A DNA stretch of 64,000 bases from Candidatus Eiseniibacteriota bacterium (lineage in GTDB: Bacteria; Eisenbacteria; RBG-16-71-46; JABDJR01), in contig CAVXKA010000001.1 of assembly GCA_963762255.1 (NCBI GenBank), positions 1,280,001 to 1,344,000 on the forward strand, given 5' to 3'. Below the pieces are notes generated by a model. It saw only the letters and a program-made list of their open reading frames with translations, searched no databases and had not been told where the DNA came from. Shown here in pieces: positions 28,592-39,876 of this stretch; position 1 is the stretch's first letter; each line of letters opens with the position of its first letter. The position numbers and the translations under genes are program-made.

Positions 28592-31500
28592 TCATTCCGG
28601 AATCCCCTGCAGCTCCGTCCGCCGCTTCCACAGCTTGTAGATCGCGGGATAGACAAGCAACTCCAGCAGGAATGACGTCACGAGCCCGCCGAGCATCGGT
28701 GCGGCAATGCGCTTCATCACGTCCGCCCCGGCCGATGTGGACCACATGATCGGCAAGAGCCCCATGAACGCCGCCGCCACCGTCATCATCTTGGGTCGCG
28801 CGCGCTTCACCGCGCCGTGGATGATCGCCTCGTCCAGATCGCGCACCGTCTTCAGAAGGCCCGAGTCGCGGGCTCGGTTGTAGGAGAGGTCCAGGAAGAG
28901 GAGCATGAACACGCCGGTCTCGGCGTCCAGTCCCAGGAGCGCGATCATCCCCACCCACGCTGCGATGGACACGTTGTAGCCGAGAAGATGGAAGAGCCAG
29001 ATTGCCCCCACCGCCGAGAACGGTACCGCCAGCAGCACGACCATCGACTTGAACACGGACCGGGTATTGGCATAGAGAAGCAGGAAGATGAGGAACAGGA
29101 CGGCCGGGATCACGAACTTGAGCCGTTCCTTGACCCGCATCATGTTCTCGTACTGCCCGCTCCACTGGATCACGTATCCCGCCGGCGGATTCAGCTTCTC
29201 GCGTACGATCTTCTTGGCTTCTTCGACGTACCGTCCGACGTCGCGGCCGGCGATGTCGACGTAGACGTAGCCGGCGAGGAACCCGTCCTCGTCGCGGATC
29301 ATGGCCGGGCCGCTCACGAGTCGCACGTCGGCCAACTGGCCCAGCGGCACCTGCGCCCCGGAAGGGGTGGGAACGAGCACGCGCTGGATCCGGTCGACGT
29401 CGCCGCGGAGCTCGCGCGGGTAGCGCACGTTGATCGGGTACCGCTCGCGCCCCTCGATCGTGGTCGATACGTTTTCGCCCCCGATGGCGCTCATGATCAC
29501 CATCTGCACGTCGTCGATGGTGAGGCCATGGCGGGCGAGCTGGTCGCGGCGCGGATCGATGTCCACGAAGTAGCCGCCGGTGACGCGTTCGGCGAATACG
29601 CTCCGCGTGCCGGGGATGTCGCGCACCAGAGCCTCGATGCGCGCGCCCAGATCCTCGATCACCTTGAGGTCGGATCCGAAGATCTTGATGCCGACCGGAG
29701 TGCGCACTCCGGTGGTGAGCATGTCGATGCGGGCCTTGATCGGCATCGTCCAGGCGTTGGTAACCCCGGGAATTTGCAGTGCCCGGTCCATCTCCGCGAC
29801 AAGCTCATCCCATGAAATGCGATCGGACCAGATGGGGCGAACGAGCGGCTTCAGCCGCTCCGGCATCCACGAGGAGTACCAGCGGTGCTTGGGTCGCCAC
29901 TCACTCTGCGGCTTCAGCACCACCGTGGTCTCCATCATGGAGAGAGGAGCAGGGTCGGTGGATGTATCGGCCCGGCCGGCCTTGCCGAAGACACGCTCCA
30001 CCTCCGGGAACGACTTCAGCACCCGATCCTGGGTCTGCATGAGTTCCTGGGCCTGCGCCACCGAGATGCCGGGGAGCGTGGTCGGCATGTAGAGAATCGT
30101 GCCTTCGTTCAATGGCGGCATGAACTCGGAGCCCAGCTTGAAGTAGGCGGGAATACTCACCGCCACCAGCAGGAGCGCCGCAGCGATCACCGTGCGCGGG
30201 CGACGCAGCACGAAGCGGCAGGCCGGTTCGTATACCCGAAAGATCGCGCGGCTGATCGGGTGGCGCTCCTCGGCGTGGTAGGTGCCGACCAGCGCGCCGG
30301 TGGCGAGCCGGGCCAGGAAACGCGGGCTTGAACCGGAACGGATCCATCCGGGTGAACATCATCCGCAAGCGCCGGATCCAGCGTGATCGCCAGCACCGCG
30401 GCCAGCGCCATGGTGAGGTTCTTGGACCACGCCAGCGGCTTGAACAGCCGCCCTTCCTGGTCCACCAGCACAAAGATGGGGATGAATGCGACGGCGATGA
30501 CCAGGAGCGAGAAGAACACCGAGGGCCCGATCTCCTGCAACGCCTCCAGGCGGATCTTGTGGAAGTCCCCCTTGCGTCCCCCCGCCTGCCATTCGTGGAG
30601 CTTGTTGTAGGCGTTCTCCACTTCGACGATCGCGCCGTCCACCAGTACACCGACCGAGATCGCGATCCCGGCCAGCGACATGATGTTGACGGTGATCCCG
30701 AAGTAGTAGAGCGGAATGAACGTCAGGAGCACCGAGATCGGAATGGTGAGGATCGGCACCACCGCCGAAGGGATGTGCCAGAGGAAGAGCAGGATCACCA
30801 GCGAGACGATGAGCATCTCGATCAGGAGTTCGTGCTTGAGGGTATGAATCGCGTGCTCGATGAGATCGGCGCGGTCGTAGGTGGTGACCACCTTGACCCC
30901 CGCCGGCAGCGACGGCTCGACGTCGTGCAGCTTCTGCTTCACGCGCTCGATGACGTTGAGCGCGTTCTCCCCGTGGCGCATGACGACGATGCCGCCGACG
31001 TGATCGCCGAGGCCGTCCAGGTCGGACACGCCGCGGCGGATCTCGGGCCCCAGCTCCACCCGGGCCACGTCCCGGAGCAGGACCGGCACCCCGTTCGCGC
31101 CGGTCTTGAGCACGACCTTCTCCAGGTCGCCCGTCGATTTCGAGTATCCGTGAGCGCGCACCATGTACTCGGTGCCGCCCCACTCGATGAGCCGACCTCC
31201 GACCTCGTTGTTGGAGGCGCGAATCGCCGCGACCACGTCACCCAGGGCGATGTCGTAGGCGGCGAGCCGGTTGGGGTCGACCGTGACCTGATACTGGCGC
31301 TGGTAGCCGCCGATCGATGCGACCTCGGCTACTCCCGGCACCGACTGCACCGCGTAGCGCAGCGTCCAGTCCTGGTACGACCGCAGCTCGTCGAGCGAGT
31401 GCCGGCCGGAGGAGTCCACCAGCGCGTACTGGAAGACCCACCCGACCCCGGTAGCGTCGGGGCCCAGCTCCGTCGCCACCCCTTGAGGAAGGCGCGATTG

Positions 31501-31849
31501 GATTTTGGACAGGTACTCGAGTACCCGCGAGCGCGCCCAGTACAGGTCGGTGCCGTCCTCGAAGATCACGTACACGTAGGAGAAGCCGAAGTCGGAGAAG
31601 CCGCGGATGGCCTTGACCTTGGGCGCGCCGAGGAGCGCGGTGATGATCGGGTAGGTGACCTGGTCCTCGATGATGTCCGGCGAACGGTCCCAGCGCGAGT
31701 AGACGATGACTTGCGTGTCGGACAGATCGGGGAGCGCGTCCGAGACGAATCCGCTGCAAGGTGACGGCGGCGAACACGCACAGAGCGGCCATCACGAAGA
31801 GCACGAGCAATCGATTCTGAGCGGAGAACGCGATAATGCGGCGGATCAT
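28592..31849 (-). CDS. cusA: CusA/CzcA heavy-metal RND efflux permease, several frameshifts
   Basis: MIRRIIAFSAQNR, FEDGTDLYWARSRVLEYL, LGPDATGVGWV, NIMSLAGIAI, GSEFMPPLNEG, RPKMMT, MKRIAAPMLGG. Confidence 0.92.
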
Positions 31850-33168
31850 TGTCCGGCCCCGGAATCCGGTTTGGTTCCGCCCATATCCATCCCCTGCATG
31901 GAGCCCGTCGCCGCGCCGCCGATCGCGCTCCTCAACCGCGACTCGGAGTCGAGGAGGAAGTTGGCACGCACGACCACCTGCTCGCCCTCGGCGACGCCGG
32001 CGAGTACCTGAACCTGCCCGTCGGAGCGCACCCCGAGTTCGACCTCCCGAGGCTCGAATACGCCCTCGCCGGTCCGCACGAACACGACCTGTCGCACGCC
32101 TGAATCGAGCACGGCGTCTTCGGGGATGAGCATGCCCTCGGCGGAGTCCATCCCCAACTCGACGTTGGCATACATCCCGGGCTTGAGCGCGAAGTCGGGA
32201 TTGGCCAGCTCCACCCGCACACGGAGCGTGCGCGTCGCGGGATCCAGGGTCGGGTAGACATAGCTCACGCGTCCCGTGTTTCGGAAAGCGGGGTCATACG
32301 GGAGCGTGACGTCCGCAGTCTGACCCACGCGGATCAGCGACGCTTCCTGCTCGTATACCGCGGCGTCGACCCAGATCCGGGAGAGGTCGGAGATCGTGAA
32401 GAGTGTCATGCCCGGCTCGACGCGGCTCCCCGCAAAGACATCCTTCGTCGTAACGAAGCCGCTCGTGGGAGCGTCCAGGGTCACCGTACGCTGCGCTTCG
32501 CCCCCGGCATCCAATCGATCCAGGAGCTTGGCGGGAACGTCGAAGGAAAGGAGTCGTTCACGGGCCGATGTAACCAGATCGTCCGCCCCCTGGCGCACCT
32601 CAGGAAGGCTTGACGCCGCGAATCGCACGGCGGCCCGCCGAGCGCGCACGTACTCGTCCTGACTCGCGACCAACTCGGGCGAGTACAGCGCCAGAAGTGG
32701 ATCGCCCTTGCGCACGAACTGCCCGGTGAAGTCGACGGAAAGACCCTCCACCCAGCCGGATACCCTCGTGTGGACTTCGTGCGTGTGGGTCTCGTCGGCG
32801 ACCACGGTCCCCACCGCGCGCACGGTGCGGCTCAAACTGCCGCGCACCGCGGGGGTCGTGCGGACGCCGGCCAGATTCAGCGCCTCGGCGCTCGCGTGAA
32901 CGTCGGCATGCGTGGGGCGGGATGCCATCGCAGCGGCATGCGTCTCGTGGCTTTGCACCGCCGCATGCGTCGAGTCCGACACCGCTTTCGGGACCGGCAC
33001 GAGATCCATCCCGCAGATCGGGCACTGGCCCGGCCCATCCTGCACGTAGGTCGGATGCATCGGGCAGTGGTACTGCACGACATCTTTCGAACCGCCGCCG
33101 CAGGACGCGACCCACGGGAGCGCCAGGGCCAGAATGATGATGACGGTCCAGAGCGTGATGCGGCTCAT
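31846..33168 (-). CDS. cusB: CusB-like membrane fusion protein with heavy-metal-binding domain
   Basis: YHCPMHP...CPICGMDLVP, YSPELVASQDEY, LKPGMYA, ANFLLDSESRL. Confidence 0.9.
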   Translation of the reverse strand: MSRITLWTVIIILALALPWVASCGGGSKDVVQYHCPMHPTYVQDGPGQCPICGMDLVPVPKAVSDSTHAAVQSHETHAAAMASRPTHADVHASAEALNLAGVRTTPAVRGSLSRTVRAVGTVVADETHTHEVHTRVSGWVEGLSVDFTGQFVRKGDPLLALYSPELVASQDEYVRARRAAVRFAASSLPEVRQGADDLVTSARERLLSFDVPAKLLDRLDAGGEAQRTVTLDAPTSGFVTTKDVFAGSRVEPGMTLFTISDLSRIWVDAAVYEQEASLIRVGQTADVTLPYDPAFRNTGRVSYVYPTLDPATRTLRVRVELANPDFALKPGMYANVELGMDSAEGMLIPEDAVLDSGVRQVVFVRTGEGVFEPREVELGVRSDGQVQVLAGVAEGEQVVVRANFLLDSESRLRSAIGGAATGSMQGMDMGGTKPDSGAGQ

Positions 33169-34505
33169 TTCAAGCCTCCTTCCGCCCCGACTTCGGGCGC
33201 GGGCGCGGTCAACGCCTCAAAGCGGGCAAGCGCGACGAATCGATCGGCCTGTCGGCGGGCGAGCCCTGCTCGGGCTTCAAGCCACAGGTTCAGATCCTCG
33301 ATCACGGTGGAGAAGTCGCTGCGGCCGCCAAGGTAGGCGGATCGGGCGGCGTCGAAGGCAAGGCTGGTCTGCGGAACGACTGAATCCTCGTAACGCGTGA
33401 TCTGCTCTTCCGCGCGCGTGAAATCGGCGAGAACAATCGCTGCCTGCGCGCGCGCATCGGCCCGGGCGCCGCGCAGCTCCTGCCGGGACATGTCCAGCTC
33501 GGCGCGAGCCGCGCGGATCATGGGTTTCTGCTTGCTCCCGGACCAGAGCGGGATCTGCATGCCGACGCGGAGGTTCACGACCGGATCCAGGTCACCGCGG
33601 AACCCGATTCCCGCTCCGGCCATGAAGTCGGGGCGCGTGTCGATCTTCGCCGCGCGCAATCGCGCCTCGGCTGCGCTCACCCCCGCTTCACGCGTCGCCA
33701 CATCGCCTGCGCCATCGATGGCGAGGCTGTCCCAGTTCGCCGCCGGCGTGGCGGCGCGAGGGAGCGACGCCACGATTCCGAACGCAGCGTCCGCGGGAAG
33801 ATCGACCAGCCGGCTGAGTGAGGCCACCTCGATCGCCCGCTCGGCGGCGAGATCGCGCGCGCGCTCCTCCAGCCGCGACACCGCAAGCCGCGTCTTGAAC
33901 ACGGCCTCCTGATCGGCCTCGCCGACGCTCTGCCGTGCGATCACCGTCTCGGACAGGAGACCCAGAAGCTCCCGCCCTGCGTCGAGAGTGCCCGTCTCCT
34001 TGTCGAGCGCGTAGATCCGCGCGTAGATTTCCCGCACCTCGCGCGCGACCTCGCGGCGGAGCGTCTCGAGCTCGCGCTCGCTCACCCGCGCTTCCTCGCG
34101 CGCGACGGCGCGGCGCGCGCCCCGCTTGCCTGGGAAGGGGATGTCCTGCGAGATCTGCGGCCCGATCATCGACATCGGGATCTTCCCCACGGTCCAATCG
34201 GGGAATCCCTCGTTCTGAATCATGAGTTCGAGGATGGGGTCGGGCAGCGCACCCGCTGGGGCCACCATCTCATGAGCGGCGGTGGCCCTTGCGCGCATCG
34301 CCGCAATGGCGGGGGCGCGCCGAAGCGCCAACGCGACCAACTCATCGACCGGCGGCGCGACCTGCGCCGAGTCGAACGGCGCTCCCGGGTAGACGAGCGC
34401 CTCGACACGCACCGAATCAGGCGCGCCCGCCGCGCCCGCTGTGGCAAAGCCGCACAGCAAATAGCCGCACAGCAATAATATGTATGGCCAAACGATGTGT
34501 CTCAC
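33165..34505 (-). CDS. TolC/CusC-family outer membrane efflux protein
   Basis: GALPDP, SQDIPFPGKRGAR, IPLW and AYLGGRSDF. GTG start after GGAGG. Confidence 0.85.
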   Translation of the reverse strand: MRHIVWPYILLLCGYLLCGFATAGAAGAPDSVRVEALVYPGAPFDSAQVAPPVDELVALALRRAPAIAAMRARATAAHEMVAPAGALPDPILELMIQNEGFPDWTVGKIPMSMIGPQISQDIPFPGKRGARRAVAREEARVSERELETLRREVAREVREIYARIYALDKETGTLDAGRELLGLLSETVIARQSVGEADQEAVFKTRLAVSRLEERARDLAAERAIEVASLSRLVDLPADAAFGIVASLPRAATPAANWDSLAIDGAGDVATREAGVSAAEARLRAAKIDTRPDFMAGAGIGFRGDLDPVVNLRVGMQIPLWSGSKQKPMIRAARAELDMSRQELRGARADARAQAAIVLADFTRAEEQITRYEDSVVPQTSLAFDAARSAYLGGRSDFSTVIEDLNLWLEARAGLARRQADRFVALARFEALTAPAPEVGAEGGLK

Positions 34506-34592
34506 GGGAATTCCTCCGAAACGGAACACGCCAGACCGCTGTCCGCCGCGCGGAGCGACGGAGCCGGGCACACTTCGCCCTTCGATCGGGTT

Positions 34593-34928
34593 CTAGTTCA
34601 GGAAAGATCCGTTGAGGAGGAAGAGCGGGGTGGGGGACGCCGCGAGGGGGCGATCCGCCAGGGGGGAGTGTTCGAAGACTGCGATCGAGCAGGCGAGGGT
34701 CGTTTCCACCGAGACCGGGAGAAGCCCCGGATCGGCCTGCTGAACCTGCGGGGCCTCGCCCTGCGCCTTGGCCGGGATCTCCTTGCCGGTGCAGCAGCAC
34801 GTGGCGGACGTCATCTGGACCGTACAGGCGCAGTGGTGGTCCTTCTGGGTCGTACACGCGGCCACGGCGGGGCGCGCCGGTGCGAGCGCCGCCAATGCCA
34901 GCATGGTTACGATCAGCCGTCGAATCAT
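34593..34928 (-). CDS. Small Cys/His-rich exported protein leading the efflux operon
   Basis: Signal peptide, HHCAC and TCCCT, ending PLFLLNGSFLN. Confidence 0.6.
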   Translation of the reverse strand: MIRRLIVTMLALAALAPARPAVAACTTQKDHHCACTVQMTSATCCCTGKEIPAKAQGEAPQVQQADPGLLPVSVETTLACSIAVFEHSPLADRPLAASPTPLFLLNGSFLN

Positions 34929-35077
34929 GATGCCGCCAAGGTTACGGATTACCGCCGGTCGAAGTCAATCGAAGAGGCCCGGCGGGGAGGAGCCACTGGG
35001 CTTCATACCGGGCTGCCGGCCGGTTGTTCCCCGAGTATCGGCATGGAGCCCCAAGAACCTTCATTTGGTCGTCCCGC

Positions 35078-36082
35078 CTACCTGAAGACCGGCGCCTGCA
35101 CCATTACGGGCCGGTGGTCGGACAGGTTGTTGTAGCTCCCGACGACCGAATCGAGCCGCAGGGTGGTGATGCGCCCGCCGGAGAAGTCCGGGCAGGCGGC
35201 GCGGTTGACCAGCAGATGGTCGATCACGGTGCCCCCGGACGAAATGTACGATGCGTACCCCGGCAGTGCGACCAGCGGCGTGTCCAGGAATTGAAAGTCG
35301 TCCGGATTGCTGATGAAATCGGGGAACGAGCTGAAGTCGATGGAATCCTCGATCTGGTCGTTCCAGTCGCCGGCGATCATGTAGTTGGCGGTGGAGTCGA
35401 TGCCGGCCTGCTGATCGAGGTACTGCTTGAGGGCGGCGCTGGCTGCCCGGCGGCGCTGGAGCGATTCCGCGTCACCCGAAGCCTTCAAGTGCACGATGAT
35501 GAGGTGCAGATCATAGGCGTGACCGTTGGATGTGATCGTCAAGTCCGCCTGGAGCGGGGATCTTGGGAATGCGAACTCGTAGTTCGTGAAGAGAAGGCGG
35601 GTGGAGCGCACCCTCACCTGGTCTTTTCGATACATGAAGCCGGGTCGCTGGTAATTGCAGCCTCGGACTTCGGGCGAAGAGATGCCTCCATAGCCGGGGC
35701 AGAGGGCGACCATCTGGTTGAAACCGGTGGTGTCCGAGATCTCCTCGATGGCGATGATGTCGAGCCCGAGAGCGTTAATGATGGTCGCGGCCGCCTGCTC
35801 CCGCCTCACATCCACGGGATGGGGGCAGTCGTAGTCTCCGGGCAGGTCCAGCGGGAAGAACGCCAGGTTCCAGGTTGCAATATCGAGCGTGGTGTCGGTC
35901 CCCACGCGAACCAGGCCGTTGGATAGCGGATTAAAGAAGGTCAGCGGGGTGCCGCAGGCTCCGCCGGACACCGGTGGCGTGTCCGGGTCCAGGGAACCCG
36001 GAGCGGAGCAGCCCGCCAGCCACATCAGGATTGCCGACAGGCTCAGAAGTCTCTTTGCCGTCCCACGTTGCATGATGATCAC
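35078..36082 (-). CDS. Endonuclease/exonuclease/phosphatase (EEP) family lipoprotein
   Basis: Lipobox LAGC. ATWNL, IAIEEI, VHLKA, AGDWND, IDHLL, SDHRPV. Confidence 0.88.
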   Translation of the reverse strand: MIIMQRGTAKRLLSLSAILMWLAGCSAPGSLDPDTPPVSGGACGTPLTFFNPLSNGLVRVGTDTTLDIATWNLAFFPLDLPGDYDCPHPVDVRREQAAATIINALGLDIIAIEEISDTTGFNQMVALCPGYGGISSPEVRGCNYQRPGFMYRKDQVRVRSTRLLFTNYEFAFPRSPLQADLTITSNGHAYDLHLIIVHLKASGDAESLQRRRAASAALKQYLDQQAGIDSTANYMIAGDWNDQIEDSIDFSSFPDFISNPDDFQFLDTPLVALPGYASYISSGGTVIDHLLVNRAACPDFSGGRITTLRLDSVVGSYNNLSDHRPVMVQAPVFR

Positions 36083-36259
36083 GATCCTGTTCTCCCGGGG
36101 TGTTGATTCAGAGGTACACCATCATACACGGTGGTCGCACGATCCGATCCGGTTCAGCCATGGTATGATTATGTTTCGTGCCTATCATCGGCCTCGCCCC
36201 GATCGAATAGAGGCGGTCTGGGCCGTCGAGACGATCCGTCTCCGTGGGGGGGTCCGCTC

Positions 36260-37546
36260 ATGCGATCACGCTTCCTCTCATGTCTTGCCTTCTCTGTCCT
36301 ACTTCTCCTTACGGCCGCGCCGGTTGCGTCCGCCACCGTTCGCTTCGTGAACCCGGACGGGCTATGCGGCACGAGTGTCCCCTGTTACACGAATCTCCAG
36401 GACGCCATCACCTCGTCCGTGAACGGCGACGTCATCCAGGTCCAACCCGGGCTCTATGTACTCGCGGCGCCGGTGGATGTGGTGGTGGAGGTCACGATCC
36501 TCGGTCCTCAGGCCAACGTGAATCCCCTCCCGAGCCGCGGGAGTCTCCGCGTTCCGGGCGACACGTCCACGGAAGCGGTCTTCGACGGCCTTGGGTTGGT
36601 GGCACCCATGGTCCGCATTGTCTCGTCGAACGTCGAGATCAATGGGCTGGAGTTCAGGAACGGCAGCGGCGACATGGTTGTCTCCGAGGTGGGGACACCC
36701 ACGTCGGACGTCATCCTGCGCAACAACATCATTCACGATTCAAGCGGCGACGAGGGCGTTCAACTGCGCGCGGTAGCGGGTGCGGTCGTCGAGTGCAACC
36801 ATGTCTACGCGACCGCGGGGGACGGCATCAATCTCTGCTGCGGATCCACCGACGGGAGCATCCGGTTCAACGAAGTGCACGACATCCAGTCTCCGGATGC
36901 CGCGATCTACGTCTACGATGCGACGGGGACCACCATCGAGGGGAACCTCGTCTACGTCACAACCAGCAACGACGGAATCAAGCTGGGCAGCAAGAACGGA
37001 GACGACGCTGCGAAGAGCGGCGGCACGATACTCAACAACACCGTCCAAAACACCGCACAGGACGGAATCGCCGTGTATATGAGCAGTACGACGGTGCGAT
37101 GCAACGAGGTGTCCGGCAGCACGAGCGAGAACGGCGGGATCTACGCGGCCTGGGGCATCTCCGACGTCGCCATCCTGGACAACGAGGTCCACGACAATTC
37201 CTTCAACACAGGGAAATGGGGCGACCCGGCCGGGATCATGATCGGCACGGGGGTCAATCTCACCACCGTGACGGTCACGAACAACCGGATCGAGAACAAC
37301 AGCCCCAACGGGATCACCAACAAGGCGGCCGGCATCCTTGCTGCGACGAACAACTGGTGGGGTGATTCCAGCGGGCCGAGCGGAGCCGGCTCCGGGACCG
37401 GAGACGCCGTGTCGACCAACGTCGACTACTCAGCGTGGCTCTTCACCGCGCCCTCGCCGAGCTGCCCGCCGATCGGGGAGTGTGGCGAGGGTTCGATTCC
37501 GGTCGAGGCTGTCAGTTGGGGACGGATCAAGAGCCGGTATCGCTGA
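36260..37546 (+). CDS. Secreted right-handed beta-helix protein with C-terminal SWGRIKSRYR motif
   Basis: Signal peptide, LQDAI...GDVIQVQPGLY, DGI/N-V repeats and NWWG...GP. Confidence 0.85.
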   Translation: MRSRFLSCLAFSVLLLLTAAPVASATVRFVNPDGLCGTSVPCYTNLQDAITSSVNGDVIQVQPGLYVLAAPVDVVVEVTILGPQANVNPLPSRGSLRVPGDTSTEAVFDGLGLVAPMVRIVSSNVEINGLEFRNGSGDMVVSEVGTPTSDVILRNNIIHDSSGDEGVQLRAVAGAVVECNHVYATAGDGINLCCGSTDGSIRFNEVHDIQSPDAAIYVYDATGTTIEGNLVYVTTSNDGIKLGSKNGDDAAKSGGTILNNTVQNTAQDGIAVYMSSTTVRCNEVSGSTSENGGIYAAWGISDVAILDNEVHDNSFNTGKWGDPAGIMIGTGVNLTTVTVTNNRIENNSPNGITNKAAGILAATNNWWGDSSGPSGAGSGTGDAVSTNVDYSAWLFTAPSPSCPPIGECGEGSIPVEAVSWGRIKSRYR

Positions 37547-37630
37547 GCTCCTGCCCTGCTCTCCGGCGCCGGACATTGATGGTGTCGGTCGTTCCTGCCG
37601 ATAACTCCGGTTTGACCCGGAGGATGATCC

Positions 37631-38869
37631 ATGAAGATTCCGCTTCCAGTCTTGTTGAGCGCCTCCGTCCTCGAGCTCCTGGGCCTCATGGTCCCCCGCG
37701 CGATTGAAGCTCAAGACACGCTCTATGTTCCGAGCGCGTACACCCTGCCCGGGGCTATCGAACACTCGGTGGCCTACCACACGGTGATCGTGATCGCGCC
37801 GGGGACGTACGATATTTCGGGACTCGTCATCCCCGCCAATAAGAACCGCATCGTATTGCGCAGCGCCGGCGGAGAAGCGCCGAGCGTGATCCTCGACGCC
37901 GGCGGCACGGTCGGCCTGACCTGCCAGGGGGACGCCGTGCTTCTCGGCCTTACCTTCCGCAACGGGGGCGCACTGGAAGGCGGATTCGGCGGAGGGCTTC
38001 TCATCGACAACGCGTCGCCCACGGTCACCACCTGCCGGTTCGAGGACAACCACGCACCGCTCGGCGGGGGCGGGGTCACCGTGAAGGGGTACCTTTCACG
38101 CCCCGTGTTCAGCGACTGCGTCTTCACCGAGAACACCGCCGTCAACCACGGCGCCGGGGTGTGGGTCTTCGATGGTTCGCCCGACTTCGTCGATTGTCTC
38201 TTCGAGCGGAACGAGACACTGTCCGACTTCACCGTCGAGGATGGTGGCGGCGCGGTCTCCGTTGCCAGCGTAGCCAGCGCGGATTTCACGCGCTGCCGGT
38301 TCTTAGAGAACACCGCCGCGCGCGGCGGCGCGCTCTACGCGCTCTCATCGGTGAATCTCGTCGATTGCATCTTCTACGGCAACACCGCCAAGTGGGACGC
38401 GGGGGCGGTGCGGCTGCGCAGCAGCCGCGTCTTCGCAAAGGTGCAGGGGTGCACTTTCGACGGCAACGGTGCGCCGGTGGGCGGCGCGATTGTCATAGAC
38501 TACTCGGCGCAAGTAGACATTTCCCGAACGCTGGTGACCGGGGGAACCGACGGCGAGGCCATTCACTGCGAGCCCGGCGTAGCGATGACCATCACCTGCT
38601 CCGACCTCGTCGGCAACGCCGAGGGGGATTGGGTGGGGGCGTACCTGGAGGGTCGGCTCGGTGTGGACGGGAACATATCGGCTGCACCCGAGTTCTGTTC
38701 TTCGGATCCGGCGACGGAACGGAACTGGGACATCTCCGGGAACTCTCCCTGCGCGCCCGGGCACACGGATTGCGGGCGCATCGGGGCTGGGAATGTGACC
38801 TGTGGACCCGATCCGGTCCTGCCGTCGACTTGGGGTCGGGTCAAGCAGCGGTATCTGGACCCGCGGTAG
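37631..38869 (+). CDS. Secreted beta-helix protein (Pmp-like GGA/FxxN repeats) with C-terminal TWGRVKQRY motif
   Basis: IAPGTY, repeated CxFxxN-A..GG, GNISAAPEFC and SPC...IGA. Confidence 0.85.
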   Translation: MKIPLPVLLSASVLELLGLMVPRAIEAQDTLYVPSAYTLPGAIEHSVAYHTVIVIAPGTYDISGLVIPANKNRIVLRSAGGEAPSVILDAGGTVGLTCQGDAVLLGLTFRNGGALEGGFGGGLLIDNASPTVTTCRFEDNHAPLGGGGVTVKGYLSRPVFSDCVFTENTAVNHGAGVWVFDGSPDFVDCLFERNETLSDFTVEDGGGAVSVASVASADFTRCRFLENTAARGGALYALSSVNLVDCIFYGNTAKWDAGAVRLRSSRVFAKVQGCTFDGNGAPVGGAIVIDYSAQVDISRTLVTGGTDGEAIHCEPGVAMTITCSDLVGNAEGDWVGAYLEGRLGVDGNISAAPEFCSSDPATERNWDISGNSPCAPGHTDCGRIGAGNVTCGPDPVLPSTWGRVKQRYLDPR

Positions 38870-38975
38870 CGCAGAGCGGGCGGAGGAGCGGCTGCCAGCT
38901 CAGGTCTGGTAGATTTGATCGCGGGTGGCGTCCCGGTCCACGAGTCGACCGTAGTAGGGCGAAAGGAGATCATCC

Positions 38976-39833
38976 ATGCGCTGGCAAATGGGCCGCAGAA
39001 GCGCGAACGTGGAAGACCGGCGGGGGATGTCCGGCCGGGGAATGATCGGCATTGGCGGGGGAGGCCTCGTCGTCCTCGCGCTGATCGCCCTCCTGACCGG
39101 CACGGATCCGCGCGAGCTGATCGAGGGGTTGGCGCCCACGGGTGAGATGGCCGGACCGTCGGGCTCAGCGGTCGAGTTCAGCGCCGCGGAACAGGAACTG
39201 GCCGACTTCTCCTCGGTCGTGCTCGCCGACACCGAGGACACTTGGCGCGTGCTCTTCGAGCGAATGGGGGAGACCTACAGGGAACCCACGCTCGTCCTCT
39301 ACTCGGGCGCCGTGCAGTCGGCTTGCGGGTTCGCGCAGGCAGCGGTGGGGCCGTTCTACTGCGCGGGCGACGAGAAGGTGTACCTGGACCTGGGCTTCTT
39401 TGAAGACCTGCGGTCGCAATACGAAGCGCCGGGCGACTTCGCCCAAGCCTATGTCATCGCCCACGAGATCGGACATCACGTGCAGCGCCTGCTCGGAATC
39501 ATGGATCAGGTGAACTCCGTCCGCAGTCGTGCGAGCGAGGAAGAAGCCAACGATCTGTCCGTGCGCCTCGAGCTGCAGGCCGATTTCCTTGCCGGCGTCT
39601 GGGCGCATCATGCGCAGGAGTCTCGGCAGGTATTGGAGCAGGGCGACATCGAGGAAGCGCTGAGGGCGGCGAGCCAGATCGGCGATGACCGGCTTCAAAT
39701 GGAGGCGCAAGGGTACGTGGTGCCGGATGCGTTCACCCACGGCACCTCGGAGCAGCGCGCACGCTGGTTCCTTCGTGGGTATCAGACGGGGGATGTCTCC
39801 CAGGGGGACACGTTCAGCGCGTCCGCGCTTTGA
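38976..39833 (+). CDS. Neutral zinc metallopeptidase (YpfJ-like)
   Basis: SANVEDRRG, GPFYC, AYVIAHEIGHHVQ, ELQAD, FTHGTSEQR. Confidence 0.92.
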   Translation: MRWQMGRRSANVEDRRGMSGRGMIGIGGGGLVVLALIALLTGTDPRELIEGLAPTGEMAGPSGSAVEFSAAEQELADFSSVVLADTEDTWRVLFERMGETYREPTLVLYSGAVQSACGFAQAAVGPFYCAGDEKVYLDLGFFEDLRSQYEAPGDFAQAYVIAHEIGHHVQRLLGIMDQVNSVRSRASEEEANDLSVRLELQADFLAGVWAHHAQESRQVLEQGDIEEALRAASQIGDDRLQMEAQGYVVPDAFTHGTSEQRARWFLRGYQTGDVSQGDTFSASAL

Positions 39834-39876
39834 AACCGGGCCCGAGTACCCGAGTACCCCAGAGTTTCGCGGCTGG

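Noticed and set aside
39841-39859. CCCGAGTA tandem repeat between convergent genes
   Set aside because: Only two short units; could be chance or slippage.
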